Source: an uncultured Candidatus Rokubacteria bacterium
Lineage (GTDB): Bacteria > Methylomirabilota > Methylomirabilia > Rokubacteriales > CSP1-6
Reading direction: 5' to 3'
Length of the DNA stretch: 64,000 bases
Assembly (NCBI GenBank): GCA_963762145.1
Contig: CAVXJS010000008.1
Coordinates: forward strand, 1 to 64,000
Part shown: positions 30,343-39,212 of the stretch, in pieces
How the letters are laid out: every line of letters begins with the position of its first letter
Position numbering within the stretch: the first letter of the stretch is position 1
The notes under the pieces: model-generated
Told to the model about the DNA's origin: nothing
The model's database searches: none
Seen by the model: the letters and a program-made list of their open reading frames with translations, nothing else
Made by a program: the position numbers and the translations under genes

Positions 30343-31596
30343 CTACGATTTGCCCGCGCTCGAGAGCAGCCAGACGTTCAGGAACACGAACCCGGCGATC
30401 GACACCACCGACAGCACGAAATACGCGAGGCAGATCGTCTCCTGGCGGGTCAGGAGCGTCGCGGTGCGGATGCGGCGCCAGAGCGACTCGCGCACGAAGC
30501 GCACCGAGTCGTGGTTCAGGGTGGGCACCCCGACCATCTCGACCAGGATGTGGTAGCCGTCCATCTCCAGGAAGCAGAACGGGTAGAGGCTGATGAAGAA
30601 CGACTGGATCTGGAGGATGGCGGAGGCCGCGATGAAGCCCTGCATCAGGCCGGGCTCGAGCAGGGTGGCGATCCAGAAGCAGAAGCCGCCCAGGAAGAGA
30701 TGGAACAGCGGCCCCGCCACCGCGTTGACGACCCGGGCCCGGCGGCTCGCCATGAAGATGTCGGTGACGTCGGCGTAGAAGGTCGGAATGAAGCCGTGCA
30801 GGATCGTGAACCCGAACTCGCGCACCCGCCGCTTGTAGTGGATGCAGGCGAGCGCGTGGATGATCTGGTGGTTGATCACGGTGAGCCAGAACACGACCTT
30901 CACGAGCAGGATCGCGACGAGGGGGTGGCTGGCCAGCCCGTGCGTCACCTCGCTCAGGTTGTTCCAGATCTTGATCCCGCTGTGGATGCCCAGCCCCATC
31001 ATGAGCACGAGCGCGGCGATGGCCCACGGCGAGAAGAGCAGGAAGCCCCCGTAGCGGTACATGCGCTCGAAGAACTGGTGCGAGCGCCGGCTCGTCACGG
31101 TCAGGCGCTCGAGCGCGTGGAGCGTGCCCTCCATCGCCCGGGCCGCCGGGTTGCGCCGGTTGCGGGCGAGCACCGCGCGCAGGCGCGAGACCGGCCGCAT
31201 CGTCAGCAGGTCGGCCCGCAGCAGCTTGACGATCAGGGTCGGGATGATCTCGAAATCGAAGGAGCCGTAGCGGAGCAGGTACGAGGTCGCGATCTCCTGG
31301 AGCGAGGCCCGCCCGTCCATCTGCCCCCACAGGAACTTCTCGGCCTCGGTGATCTGGATGATCTGCTCGGTGCGGCGGTTCTTGAGCGCGTAGGTGACGA
31401 CGCCCTGGGGCGCGTAGGGCAGCCGCGCCATCTCCCAGTCCGCGTCGGGGATGCGCTGGGGGCGGCTGTGGAGATAGGCGACCGCGCTCGAGATCTCCTG
31501 CGTGGCGAAGCCGCCGCCGTCCTGGTCGCGGACCAGCAGCTCGATGCGCGTCCGCTTGGGCCTGCTCTCCGCGGTCTTGTCGCCGGCCTCACTCAC
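30343..31596 (-). CDS. PqqD/RRE-like domain fused to an M50 (YydH-like) membrane peptidase homologue with HQxxH
   Basis: YALKNRRTEQIIQITEAEKFLWGQMDGRASLQEI; HQIIHALAC, FYADVTD, AGPL, PFCFLEMDGYHIL. Confidence 0.8.
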   Translation of the reverse strand: MSEAGDKTAESRPKRTRIELLVRDQDGGGFATQEISSAVAYLHSRPQRIPDADWEMARLPYAPQGVVTYALKNRRTEQIIQITEAEKFLWGQMDGRASLQEIATSYLLRYGSFDFEIIPTLIVKLLRADLLTMRPVSRLRAVLARNRRNPAARAMEGTLHALERLTVTSRRSHQFFERMYRYGGFLLFSPWAIAALVLMMGLGIHSGIKIWNNLSEVTHGLASHPLVAILLVKVVFWLTVINHQIIHALACIHYKRRVREFGFTILHGFIPTFYADVTDIFMASRRARVVNAVAGPLFHLFLGGFCFWIATLLEPGLMQGFIAASAILQIQSFFISLYPFCFLEMDGYHILVEMVGVPTLNHDSVRFVRESLWRRIRTATLLTRQETICLAYFVLSVVSIAGFVFLNVWLLSSAGKS

Positions 31597-32096
31597 TACT
31601 TGTGCTCGATGTCGAGGCCCGTCGCCTCCAGCCCCCAGCGCGTGACCTCGGCGACCAGATCGGACGAGTCGCGCAACCGCTGGAAGGCGACCTGCGCCAT
31701 CTGCTGGAAGAACTTGGCCGCCGCGAGCGGGCTGCCCGTCACGAAGCGGTTGAGGCTGTCGCGGTCGAGGCTGTAGAGCATGGTGTCGAGCTCGGCCTGG
31801 CAGGTGGCGGAGCGGCGCCGCTCGTCGCCGAAGACGCTCATCTCGCCGAAGACCTCGCCGGAGGCGAGCCGCGAGAGCACCTGCTCCACCCGGCCGGTGA
31901 CCGGCTTGGAGACCACGATGCTGCCGTCCCGGATCAGGTAGAGCTCCTCGCCGGGATCGCCCGCGCGGAACAGGACGTCACCCTTCTTGAGGCGACGCTC
32001 GCGGAAGCTGGGCCAGAGCGCGAGGAGGACCGGCTCCTCGACGTCCTTGAAATACAGGACCCGGCGGAGGAAGCCGATCTCGGGAAGGCTGGCCAC
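31596..32096 (-). CDS. Stand-alone cyclic-nucleotide-binding domain protein (no HTH)
   Basis: KGDVLFRAGDPGEELYLIRDG, GEVFGEMS, RRSAT. Confidence 0.88.
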   Translation of the reverse strand: MASLPEIGFLRRVLYFKDVEEPVLLALWPSFRERRLKKGDVLFRAGDPGEELYLIRDGSIVVSKPVTGRVEQVLSRLASGEVFGEMSVFGDERRRSATCQAELDTMLYSLDRDSLNRFVTGSPLAAAKFFQQMAQVAFQRLRDSSDLVAEVTRWGLEATGLDIEHK

Positions 32097-32123
32097 TCAG
32101 ATCCGTCCGGCGGGCACCCGCAA

Positions 32124-32345
32124 TCAGGTCGCCCAGCGCTTGAGCATGACGTTCTGCAGCGCGCGCGCCCGATCCCGGTCCGAGACATTGCTGGTGCTGC
32201 CCAGGGCGTGCTCGATCGCGGCCCGCTCGTCCGGGGTGAGCTCGAAGCCGGCCAGCACCCGCGCGGGCTCCCGCACGAGCTCGGCGAGGAACTCCTTGTC
32301 GATCATCACCTGTCCGACCAGGTCCTGGATGCCCTTGCTCGCCAC
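32124..32345 (-). CDS. NHLP/Nif11-clan (Os1348/Franean1_4349-like) leader-type small protein
   Basis: IQDLVGQVMIDKEFLAELVREPARVLAGFELTPDERAAI fits the G+..D.eFr..l..dP...l..y.Lt.eE pattern. Confidence 0.7.
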   Translation of the reverse strand: MASKGIQDLVGQVMIDKEFLAELVREPARVLAGFELTPDERAAIEHALGSTSNVSDRDRARALQNVMLKRWAT

Positions 32346-32461
32346 GACCGACCTCGACTTTTCCAGCCCCTCAGAAGATGGCTAGAAGCCCAATTTAGCA
32401 TGCACGGCGCGGTTTTAATACCGCCGATCCTCCCTCGGCGCGGCGATCGACGCCCCGGCGG

Positions 32462-32489
32462 TGTCAACGCCTTGCCGATTTCGTTCGTC
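32462..32489 (+). promoter_or_regulatory. Putative ECF-type promoter upstream of the ECF sigma gene
   Basis: TGTCAAC, 17 bp spacer, CGTC. Confidence 0.4.
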
Positions 32490-32528
32490 AGGTCTGATGA
32501 GAGGGGACGGAACGCCCGTCAGAGGGAC

Positions 32529-33041
32529 GTGGAGCCCGCACCCCGGCCGGATCTGCTGGTCGCCGCCCACTACGGGCGGCTCCAACGCCTGTGTCGCCTG
32601 CTCCTGGGCGACGCGCAGGAGGCCGACGACGTGGTGCAGGAGGTGTTCCTGAAGGCGCACGAGGCCGAGCGGCTCGGCCAGGTCCCGGCGAGCTGGGGCG
32701 CCTGGCTCACCCGGGTCGCGGTCAACGCCTGCCGCGACCGCCGGCGGGCCGGCGGCTGGATGCGCTTCCACCTGCGCGGCGTCCGGCTCGACGAGGTCCC
32801 GCTGGTGGCGCTGACGCCCGCGCCCAGCGACGTCGCGATCGGCGAGGAGACCCGCCGACGGATCTGGTTGGCCTTCCGCGCGCTGCCGCGGCGTCAGCAG
32901 GAGGTGTTCGCGCTCCGCCACATCGACGAGCAGCCCACGGTGGCGGTCGCGGCGGCCCTCGGGCTGAGCCCCGGGAGCGTGAAGCGGCATCTGTTCCGCG
33001 CGGTGCGCGCGCTGCGCCGGAGCCTGGAGGACACGCGATGA
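32529..33041 (+). CDS. ECF RNA polymerase sigma factor
   Basis: EADDVVQEVFLKA, WLTRVAVNACRD, LPRRQQEVFAL, GSVKRHLFRA. Confidence 0.9.
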   Translation: MEPAPRPDLLVAAHYGRLQRLCRLLLGDAQEADDVVQEVFLKAHEAERLGQVPASWGAWLTRVAVNACRDRRRAGGWMRFHLRGVRLDEVPLVALTPAPSDVAIGEETRRRIWLAFRALPRRQQEVFALRHIDEQPTVAVAAALGLSPGSVKRHLFRAVRALRRSLEDTR

Positions 33042-33508
33042 GCCCGTGCCTGTCCGACGAGGCGCTCGAGCGCGTCGAAGCGGAGCTCGCCTCGGTGGCC
33101 GAGCGGGCCCATCTGGCCGGCTGTGCGGCGTGCGCGGCGCGCCACCGGCGCATCCGCGGCGAGCTGGCCCTGATCACCGGTGTCCTGCGCGACACGGCCG
33201 AGCCCCGGACGCGGCCGCTCGCCACCCGGCGACGGCGCTGGATGCCCGCCACCGCTGGGCTCGCCGCCGTCGCGGCCGCGCTGCTGATCTGGGTCGAGGT
33301 CGCGGTGTGGCGCGCGGTGACCCCGGTGCCGCCCACCATGCAGCCGCACGAGGTGGCCGCGATCCTGGCCGACGTCTCCGCCGCGCTGTTCTCGGTGAGC
33401 GGCGATCCCGCCACCGCGACGACGGGTGCGACGGCGGACGATCCGGCCGCGAGCCTGGAGCTGATGGCGCAGGAGCTCGACCATGCGCTCACCGGAGGAG
33501 AACCATGA
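33038..33508 (+). CDS. Zinc-binding (ZAS) membrane anti-sigma factor
   Basis: HLAGCAAC (HxxxCxxC) followed by one TM helix; start overlaps the sigma stop. Confidence 0.8.
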   Translation: MSPCLSDEALERVEAELASVAERAHLAGCAACAARHRRIRGELALITGVLRDTAEPRTRPLATRRRRWMPATAGLAAVAAALLIWVEVAVWRAVTPVPPTMQPHEVAAILADVSAALFSVSGDPATATTGATADDPAASLELMAQELDHALTGGEP

Positions 33509-34011
33509 CGAGCCCGTTGACGATCCGAACGATCCTGGCCGCCGCGCTCCTGATCGCCTGGCCCGCCACGGCGACCTTCGCCCAGGCGCCGCCGACCGAC
33601 CCCGGCGCTGCGCTCGGCGGCATGCACGGGTCCACGGGCCGGATGGACGGCGAGCTGTGGCTGATGATCCGCGGCGCGGCCCTGACGCCGGAGCAGCAGG
33701 CGAAGGTGCGCGGGATCCTGTCCACGCACCGCGCCACCACGCGGCCGCTCGTCGAGCAGCTCCGCCAGGCGCAGCAGGAGCTGGGCGCCAAGCTGCTCGC
33801 GCCCGGGCCGCTGCAGCCCGCCGACCTGCAGCCGCAGCTCGGGCGCATCGGCCAGCTCCGCGACCAGCTCGCGCAGGACGGCGCGCAGGCCGCGCTCGAG
33901 GTCCGCGCGGTCCTCACGCCCGAGCAGCTCGCGCGGGCCGCCCAGACCAAGGAGCGGCTGACCCAGCTCCGCGAGGAGATGCGCCAGCTCGTGCAGCCAC
34001 CGCGCCCCTAG
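33505..34011 (+). CDS. Spy/CpxP-family periplasmic protein
   Basis: Signal peptide; two LTPEQ motifs. Confidence 0.82.
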   Translation: MTSPLTIRTILAAALLIAWPATATFAQAPPTDPGAALGGMHGSTGRMDGELWLMIRGAALTPEQQAKVRGILSTHRATTRPLVEQLRQAQQELGAKLLAPGPLQPADLQPQLGRIGQLRDQLAQDGAQAALEVRAVLTPEQLARAAQTKERLTQLREEMRQLVQPPRP

Positions 34012-34012
34012 C

Positions 34013-34297
34013 ATGAAGCGCCTGCTCGTCATCCTGCTGCTGCTCGCCATCGCGCTGCCCGGGCTCGCCCACGCGAGCCCGCCGGATCCTGCCTGGATCC
34101 CGGGCATCTACGACGATGACGACGGCGACGCGATCGGCGCGCTGATCGGCTCCGGGGCCGGAGCCGCGCCGCCGGCCGCGCCCGGCGCCGGCCCGCTCTT
34201 CCTCCCGCTGATCGCCCGCCTGGCCCCGACCCGGGAGCGGCCACCGCTCCAGGTGTGGGCCTCCGCGGCCCCGTCCCGCGCTCCACCCGCTCGCTAA
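34013..34297 (+). CDS. Small secretory peptide with C-terminal RAPP motif (candidate arrest peptide)
   Basis: MKRLLVILLLLAIALPGLAHA-SPPDPAWIPGIYDDDDGD...SRAPPAR*. Confidence 0.65.
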   Translation: MKRLLVILLLLAIALPGLAHASPPDPAWIPGIYDDDDGDAIGALIGSGAGAAPPAAPGAGPLFLPLIARLAPTRERPPLQVWASAAPSRAPPAR

Positions 34298-34354
34298 CCC
34301 CGCCTCGATCCCGTCGTCTCCGATCACCTCACACCCAACGGAGGAGGACTGTTC

Positions 34355-34804
34355 ATGCTCAGGATCGTCAAGCTGCTCGTGGCGAGCTTTGCGGTGGCCG
34401 CGCTCGGCGTGGCCGGACTCGACGCGCACGTGGCGCGCGCCGACTGGCGCGCGATCGCGGTGGACTGGGACGAGTCGGCGCCCGTGGTCAAGACCCTCGA
34501 CCCGGACGACGAGGGCGCCCTCGCCGACCACTTCTTCCACGTCGAGTGGACGGCCGGGCCGGGCGCAACCGGCCGCACCCGGATCACCGGCTACGTCTAC
34601 AACGACTATGGCGATTCCGCGATCCACGTCGCGCTGCGCATCCACGAGATCGACGCGAGCGGCAACGACGTCGCCAGCGTGGTCGCGCCGATCGGCGAAG
34701 CCGTCCCGGGTCACGGTCGGACCTACTTCGACGTCGCGGTCCCAAGTAGCCGCTTCTACCGGGTGGACGTGGCGTCCTTCGACTTCGTCGAGCTCCCCGG
34801 CTAA
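34355..34804 (+). CDS. Secreted FxLYD-like protein, paralogue of 26024-26413
   Basis: GGAGGA RBS; ITGYVYN...VALRIHEID..G....VPGHGRTYFDV. Confidence 0.65.
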   Translation: MLRIVKLLVASFAVAALGVAGLDAHVARADWRAIAVDWDESAPVVKTLDPDDEGALADHFFHVEWTAGPGATGRTRITGYVYNDYGDSAIHVALRIHEIDASGNDVASVVAPIGEAVPGHGRTYFDVAVPSSRFYRVDVASFDFVELPG

Positions 34805-34817
34805 GGAGGCAGACACC

Positions 34818-35384
34818 ATGCTCGATCGGGAGCCCGGGGCCGTGGTCGCGGTGTTCCCCACCAACCACTTCATCATCGAGGAATCGCACTTCACGAGCCA
34901 CGTCGCCGAGGCCGCCGCCTACGTGCGGACGCATCCCGGGTGGCTGCTGCTGCTGGGCGTGCCCCCGACGGAGGCGGCGCCCGCGCACGGGTGGATCGAG
35001 CCCGGCGAGCCGGTGGGCTCGACGGGCCGCCGCGCGGTCCATCGCGTTCGTGCGTTCCACGACGAGCCGCCCGCGGGGCGTGCCCTGTGCAACACCCTCG
35101 TCTTCACCGCCACCGTCACCGCCCTCGTGGAGGCCGGCCGGGCATGCCTGCCCCTGCTCCACGACCGGCTCACCCGCTTCGATCTGTTCACCGGCACGCG
35201 CTACGAGGCCATCGCGCTCCAGCAGGCCTATCTCTTCGCGCCCACCGCGGATTTCTCCCGCGCGGTCCTCGCGTCGGCCGACGTCCCGCTGGCGGTCGTG
35301 GAGATCCCGGCGCTGACCTGGTGGGACCTGGGCACGCCGGAGCGCGTGTCCCGCAGCGTCGGGATGGGGAGTCCCCGCGAATGA
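34818..35384 (+). pseudogene. N-terminally truncated sugar-phosphate nucleotidyltransferase (mannose-1-P guanylyltransferase-like)
   Basis: [39 protein letters not shown]; lacks the N-terminal LAGGxGxRL motif. Confidence 0.6.
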
Positions 35385-35447
35385 TGCGTCCGGGCTCCCC
35401 GTCGAAATATGCTACAAGCGAAGCCACACAGAGGGGAGGCGACCGAC

Positions 35448-35829
35448 ATGGCGGGGCGGGCCCGGAGGTTCTGGGTGATCTGCGTCATCCTGTCGGTGGT
35501 CATCGCGGCCGGCGCGTACTACGCGGTGGCCCGGCCCAAGCGTCCTCAGCCGGTGGCGCCCGCGGCCCGATCCTCATGACGACGATGGCCGCCCTGCTGG
35601 GCGCCCTGCCCCTGGCGCTCGGTACCGGCACCGGCTCCGAGCTGCGCCGCCCGCTGGGCGTCAGCATCGTGGGGGCCTGCTGCTGAGCCAGCTCCTCACC
35701 CTCTACACGACGCCCGTCGTGTACCTGTTCCTCGAGCGCTGGCGCTTGCGCACGGTGAGCGGCTGGCGCAAGCTCTCCGGGCGGCTCGGCGGGCGACGGC
35801 CCATCGAGCAGATCAGCGGCGGCAAGTAA
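35448..35829 (+). pseudogene. RND efflux remnant: TM-anchored N-terminus joined to the C-terminal helices of an MdtB/C-type permease
   Basis: [25 protein letters not shown].. then [51 protein letters not shown]. Confidence 0.75.
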
Positions 35830-35857
35830 CCCCTCATCCCAGGAGACGACGATCGTC

Positions 35858-36475
35858 ATGGAGCTCGATCCCAAGACCCTCAAGGCCGAGTCCACCTACA
35901 AGCTGCTGATCGGATGCGTGGTGCCGCGGCCGATCGCGTGGGTCTCCACGGTGGGCTCCGACGGCGTGAACAACCTCGCCCCCTTCAGCTTCTTCATGGG
36001 GGTCTGCGGGGACCCGCCGACCATCGCGTTCTCCTCGGGCCCGCGCTCGAAGGATCACAAGGACACGGTGCGCAACGCCGAGCACACCGGTGACTTCGTG
36101 GTGAACATCGTGGACGACGACCGCGCCGAGCAGATGAACCTGAGCTCGGGCGAGTACCCGCCCGAGGTGGACGAGTTCACGCTCACCGGCCTCACCGCCG
36201 CCCCCGGGGTGCGGGTGCGCTCGCCCCGCGTGGTCCAGGCGCCGGTCAGCCTCGAGTGCCGCGTGGCCCAGGTCATCCCGGTCGGGCGCGGGCCCCACAG
36301 CCTGGTGCTGGGCGAGATCGTGTACTTCCACGTGCGCGACGACGTCTACGACGCGGCCACCGGGCGCATCGACGTGGGCCGCCTCAAGCCGATCGGCCGC
36401 CTCGCCGGCCACCAGTACTCCTACATCCACGACATCTTCGAGATGAAGCGCCCGAACGAGAACTACAAGGGGTAG
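35858..36475 (+). CDS. Flavin reductase-like FMN-binding protein
   Basis: VVPRPIAWVST, NLAPFSFF, KDTVRNA, PIGRLAG. Confidence 0.9.
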   Translation: MELDPKTLKAESTYKLLIGCVVPRPIAWVSTVGSDGVNNLAPFSFFMGVCGDPPTIAFSSGPRSKDHKDTVRNAEHTGDFVVNIVDDDRAEQMNLSSGEYPPEVDEFTLTGLTAAPGVRVRSPRVVQAPVSLECRVAQVIPVGRGPHSLVLGEIVYFHVRDDVYDAATGRIDVGRLKPIGRLAGHQYSYIHDIFEMKRPNENYKG

Positions 36476-36508
36476 CCGCGGCCCCCGGCCAGCGGGGCCG
36501 GTGACGGA

Positions 36509-38041
36509 TCAGGCCAGCGCGCGGGCAACCTTCTCCAGCAGGCCGTCGGGCGAGAACTTCCGGTGGACGAGCCACTCCTCGGGCGCGTGCAGGACGAGGC
36601 GCGGATCGGGCTCGCCGACGTCGCCGACCACGAACAGGGTCCGGAGCGAGGGCCGCGTCTGGCGCAGGCGCGCGGCCAGCTCGGCGCCGTTCAGCCGCTC
36701 GAGCATCACGTCGGCGATCAGCAGGTCGATGGCGCCCGGGTGCAGGGAGGCGACGGCCAGCGCCTCCTCCGCGCCCGGGGCGGCGAGGACCGTGTACCCA
36801 CAGCCGCCCAGCGCCTCGACGAGACGATTCGCGGTCGCGCGGTCTTCCTCGACCACGAGCACGGTGGCGTCCGACGCGGGCCGGACCGGAGCGGCCGGTG
36901 CCACGGGCAGGTGGATGCGCACCGTGGTTCCCACCCCGATCACGCTGTCCATCTCGACGTGGCCGCCGTGCTGCTGCACGGAACCGTAGACCATCGCGAG
37001 CCCGAGCCCGGTGCCCGAGCCGACGTCCTTCGTGGTGAAGAACGGCTCGAAGGCGCGCGCCCGCACCTCCTCGCTCATCCCGTGGCCGGTGTCGGCGACC
37101 GAGAGCGTGACCGACGCCGCGGCGCCGCGCCCGCCGGTGACCGCGGTCGCGACGATGATCCGCCCGCCCTCCGGCATCGCGTCGGCGGCGTTCCCCAGGA
37201 GCTGCTGGACCACGTGCTCGAGCTGGGTGCGGTCCGCGTCGAGCGGCGGCAGCCCGTCGCGGAGCCGGGTGACGAGGTCGACGCCGGGCGGCAGCCCGCG
37301 TTGCAGCGCGGGCAGCGCACCGCGCAGGACGTCGTTGAGCTCGAGCCGCCGCGGCGCGAAGGCCTGCCGCCGGCAGAAGGCCACGAGCTGCGCGGTGAGG
37401 TGGGTCGCGCGCTGGCCCGCGCGCTCCACGATCTCGAGCTGGCCGCGCAGGGTCGCGTCGTCGCGGTACTGGGTGAGCAGCCACTGCGCGCGCCCCAGGA
37501 TCACGGTCATGAGGTTGTTGAACTCGTGGGCCACCCCGCCCGCGAGCCGCCCCACCGCCTCGAGCTTCTGCGCCTCGCGGAGCCGGGTCTGGCTCTCCCC
37601 GAGCGCCGCCTCCGCGCGCTTGCGCGCGGTGATGTCGCGGGTCACGCTGAGGATGCCGGTGGGCCGCCCGCTCTCGTCCCGCACCCAGGTGAAGGTCGAT
37701 TCCACCCACACCGTCGATCCGTCCTTGCACGGCTGCTCGAGCTCGAGGCGCCGGAAGGAGTTCGGCGGGGTCTGGCCCGCCTGCTCGACCGCCATCACCT
37801 CCACGAAGGCCTGGTTCACCACCTCCTGCGAGTGCGGGGTGAGCCGCTCCGCCGGCCCCTGGAGGAGACACTCCTCGGGCGTGTAGCCGCGCAGCTGGTA
37901 CACGGAGGGACTCACGTAGATCGCGCGCCCCTCGAGGTCGAAGACCGCGAAGACGTCGGCGGAGTGAGTGGCCAGCAGCCGGTAGAGGCGCTCGCCCTCC
38001 TCGGCCAGACGGGCCGGGGTCTGCGGGGCGGGATCGGTCAT
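36509..38041 (-). CDS. Cytoplasmic PAS hybrid histidine kinase
   Basis: PAS/PAC (KDGSTVWVE..RDITARK), AHEFNNLM, FFTTKDVGSGTGLGL, REC domain. Confidence 0.92.
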   Translation of the reverse strand: MTDPAPQTPARLAEEGERLYRLLATHSADVFAVFDLEGRAIYVSPSVYQLRGYTPEECLLQGPAERLTPHSQEVVNQAFVEVMAVEQAGQTPPNSFRRLELEQPCKDGSTVWVESTFTWVRDESGRPTGILSVTRDITARKRAEAALGESQTRLREAQKLEAVGRLAGGVAHEFNNLMTVILGRAQWLLTQYRDDATLRGQLEIVERAGQRATHLTAQLVAFCRRQAFAPRRLELNDVLRGALPALQRGLPPGVDLVTRLRDGLPPLDADRTQLEHVVQQLLGNAADAMPEGGRIIVATAVTGGRGAAASVTLSVADTGHGMSEEVRARAFEPFFTTKDVGSGTGLGLAMVYGSVQQHGGHVEMDSVIGVGTTVRIHLPVAPAAPVRPASDATVLVVEEDRATANRLVEALGGCGYTVLAAPGAEEALAVASLHPGAIDLLIADVMLERLNGAELAARLRQTRPSLRTLFVVGDVGEPDPRLVLHAPEEWLVHRKFSPDGLLEKVARALA

Positions 38042-38084
38042 GATCGATTCACGATATCACGGGGCCCAAAGGGCCCGGCCATCC

Positions 38085-39146
38085 TCACGCCCTCTCGCGC
38101 CGGATCTCCTGGACGAGCTCGCGGAGGATCCCCTGCTCGGCGGCAGTGGCCGCGGGGATGCTGAACTCCACGTCGGTGACGAGACCGCGATAGCGCTCCA
38201 CGAGCTTCCGCCCGATCTCGGCGTAGGTGCCCACCACCGCGTAGGTGTGGAGGACCTCGTCGTCGATGCGGGCGGGCATCTCCTCCCAGCGCTGGGCGCG
38301 CGAGAGCACCGCCAGCTCGGCGGCCAGGTCGCCGAGACCGTGCAGCTCGAAGGCGGCGCGATAGCCCGGGGTGGATGCGTAGAAGGCCACGCGCGCCCGC
38401 ACGTCCCGCACCCGCGCCACGAGCGTGGCCTCGTCGGGCGCGGCGCAGACCAGCGGCTTCATCGCGACCGCGAGCGCGGGGCTCCGTCCCGCCGCGGCCG
38501 CGCCCGCCCGCATCGCGGGCAGCATCACGTCGCGGATGTAGCGCGGCGTGCACACCGGATGCGGGCGCAGCCCGTCGGCCACCTCGCCCACGAAGCGGCA
38601 CATGGTGGGATTCACCGCGGCCACGTGGATCGGGATGTCGGGGTGCTCGATCGGTCCCGGATCGAAGAGCGGGACCATCAGGCTCAGGTTGTAGTGCGGG
38701 CTCTCGAAGGCGAGCGGCGCGCCCTGCTGCCACGCCGCCCACACCGCGCGCACCGCCCGCACATAGTCGCGCATCCACGGCCCGGGCGGCCGGTACGTCA
38801 GGCCGAAGCGCCGCGTGATGTGGCCTCGCACCTGGCTGCCGAGCCCGAGCACGAAGCGCCCGCGCGAGAGCTTCTGGATGCTCCACGCCGACATCGCGGT
38901 CACGGTCGGGCTGCGCGGGAACGCCATCGCCACCGCGGTGGTGAGGCGGAGGCGCGTGGTGCCCGCCGCGGCGAGCGCCATGACCACGTACGGGTCCACC
39001 TTGGTCTCCTCCACCGCGAGGCCGTCGTAGCCGAGCGATTCCACGAGCCGCGCGTCGTCGACGACGCGGCCGAGGTCGAGCGGCGTCTCGGCGGCCCGGA
39101 GGCCGGGATCGAGCTTGCCGAGCGGCAGGAGCGTCTCGACGCGCAT
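38085..39146 (-). CDS. LLM-class, probably F420-dependent oxidoreductase (TIGR03617-like)
   Basis: AFPRSP, GRFVLGLGSQVRGHITRRFG, VAFYASTPGY. Confidence 0.85.
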   Translation of the reverse strand: MRVETLLPLGKLDPGLRAAETPLDLGRVVDDARLVESLGYDGLAVEETKVDPYVVMALAAAGTTRLRLTTAVAMAFPRSPTVTAMSAWSIQKLSRGRFVLGLGSQVRGHITRRFGLTYRPPGPWMRDYVRAVRAVWAAWQQGAPLAFESPHYNLSLMVPLFDPGPIEHPDIPIHVAAVNPTMCRFVGEVADGLRPHPVCTPRYIRDVMLPAMRAGAAAAGRSPALAVAMKPLVCAAPDEATLVARVRDVRARVAFYASTPGYRAAFELHGLGDLAAELAVLSRAQRWEEMPARIDDEVLHTYAVVGTYAEIGRKLVERYRGLVTDVEFSIPAATAAEQGILRELVQEIRRERA

Positions 39147-39212
39147 GGGGCGTCATGCTAGCGGATGCATTTGCACCTGACAACGGGCGCGAGACGGGCT
39201 ATCGTTACCGCC

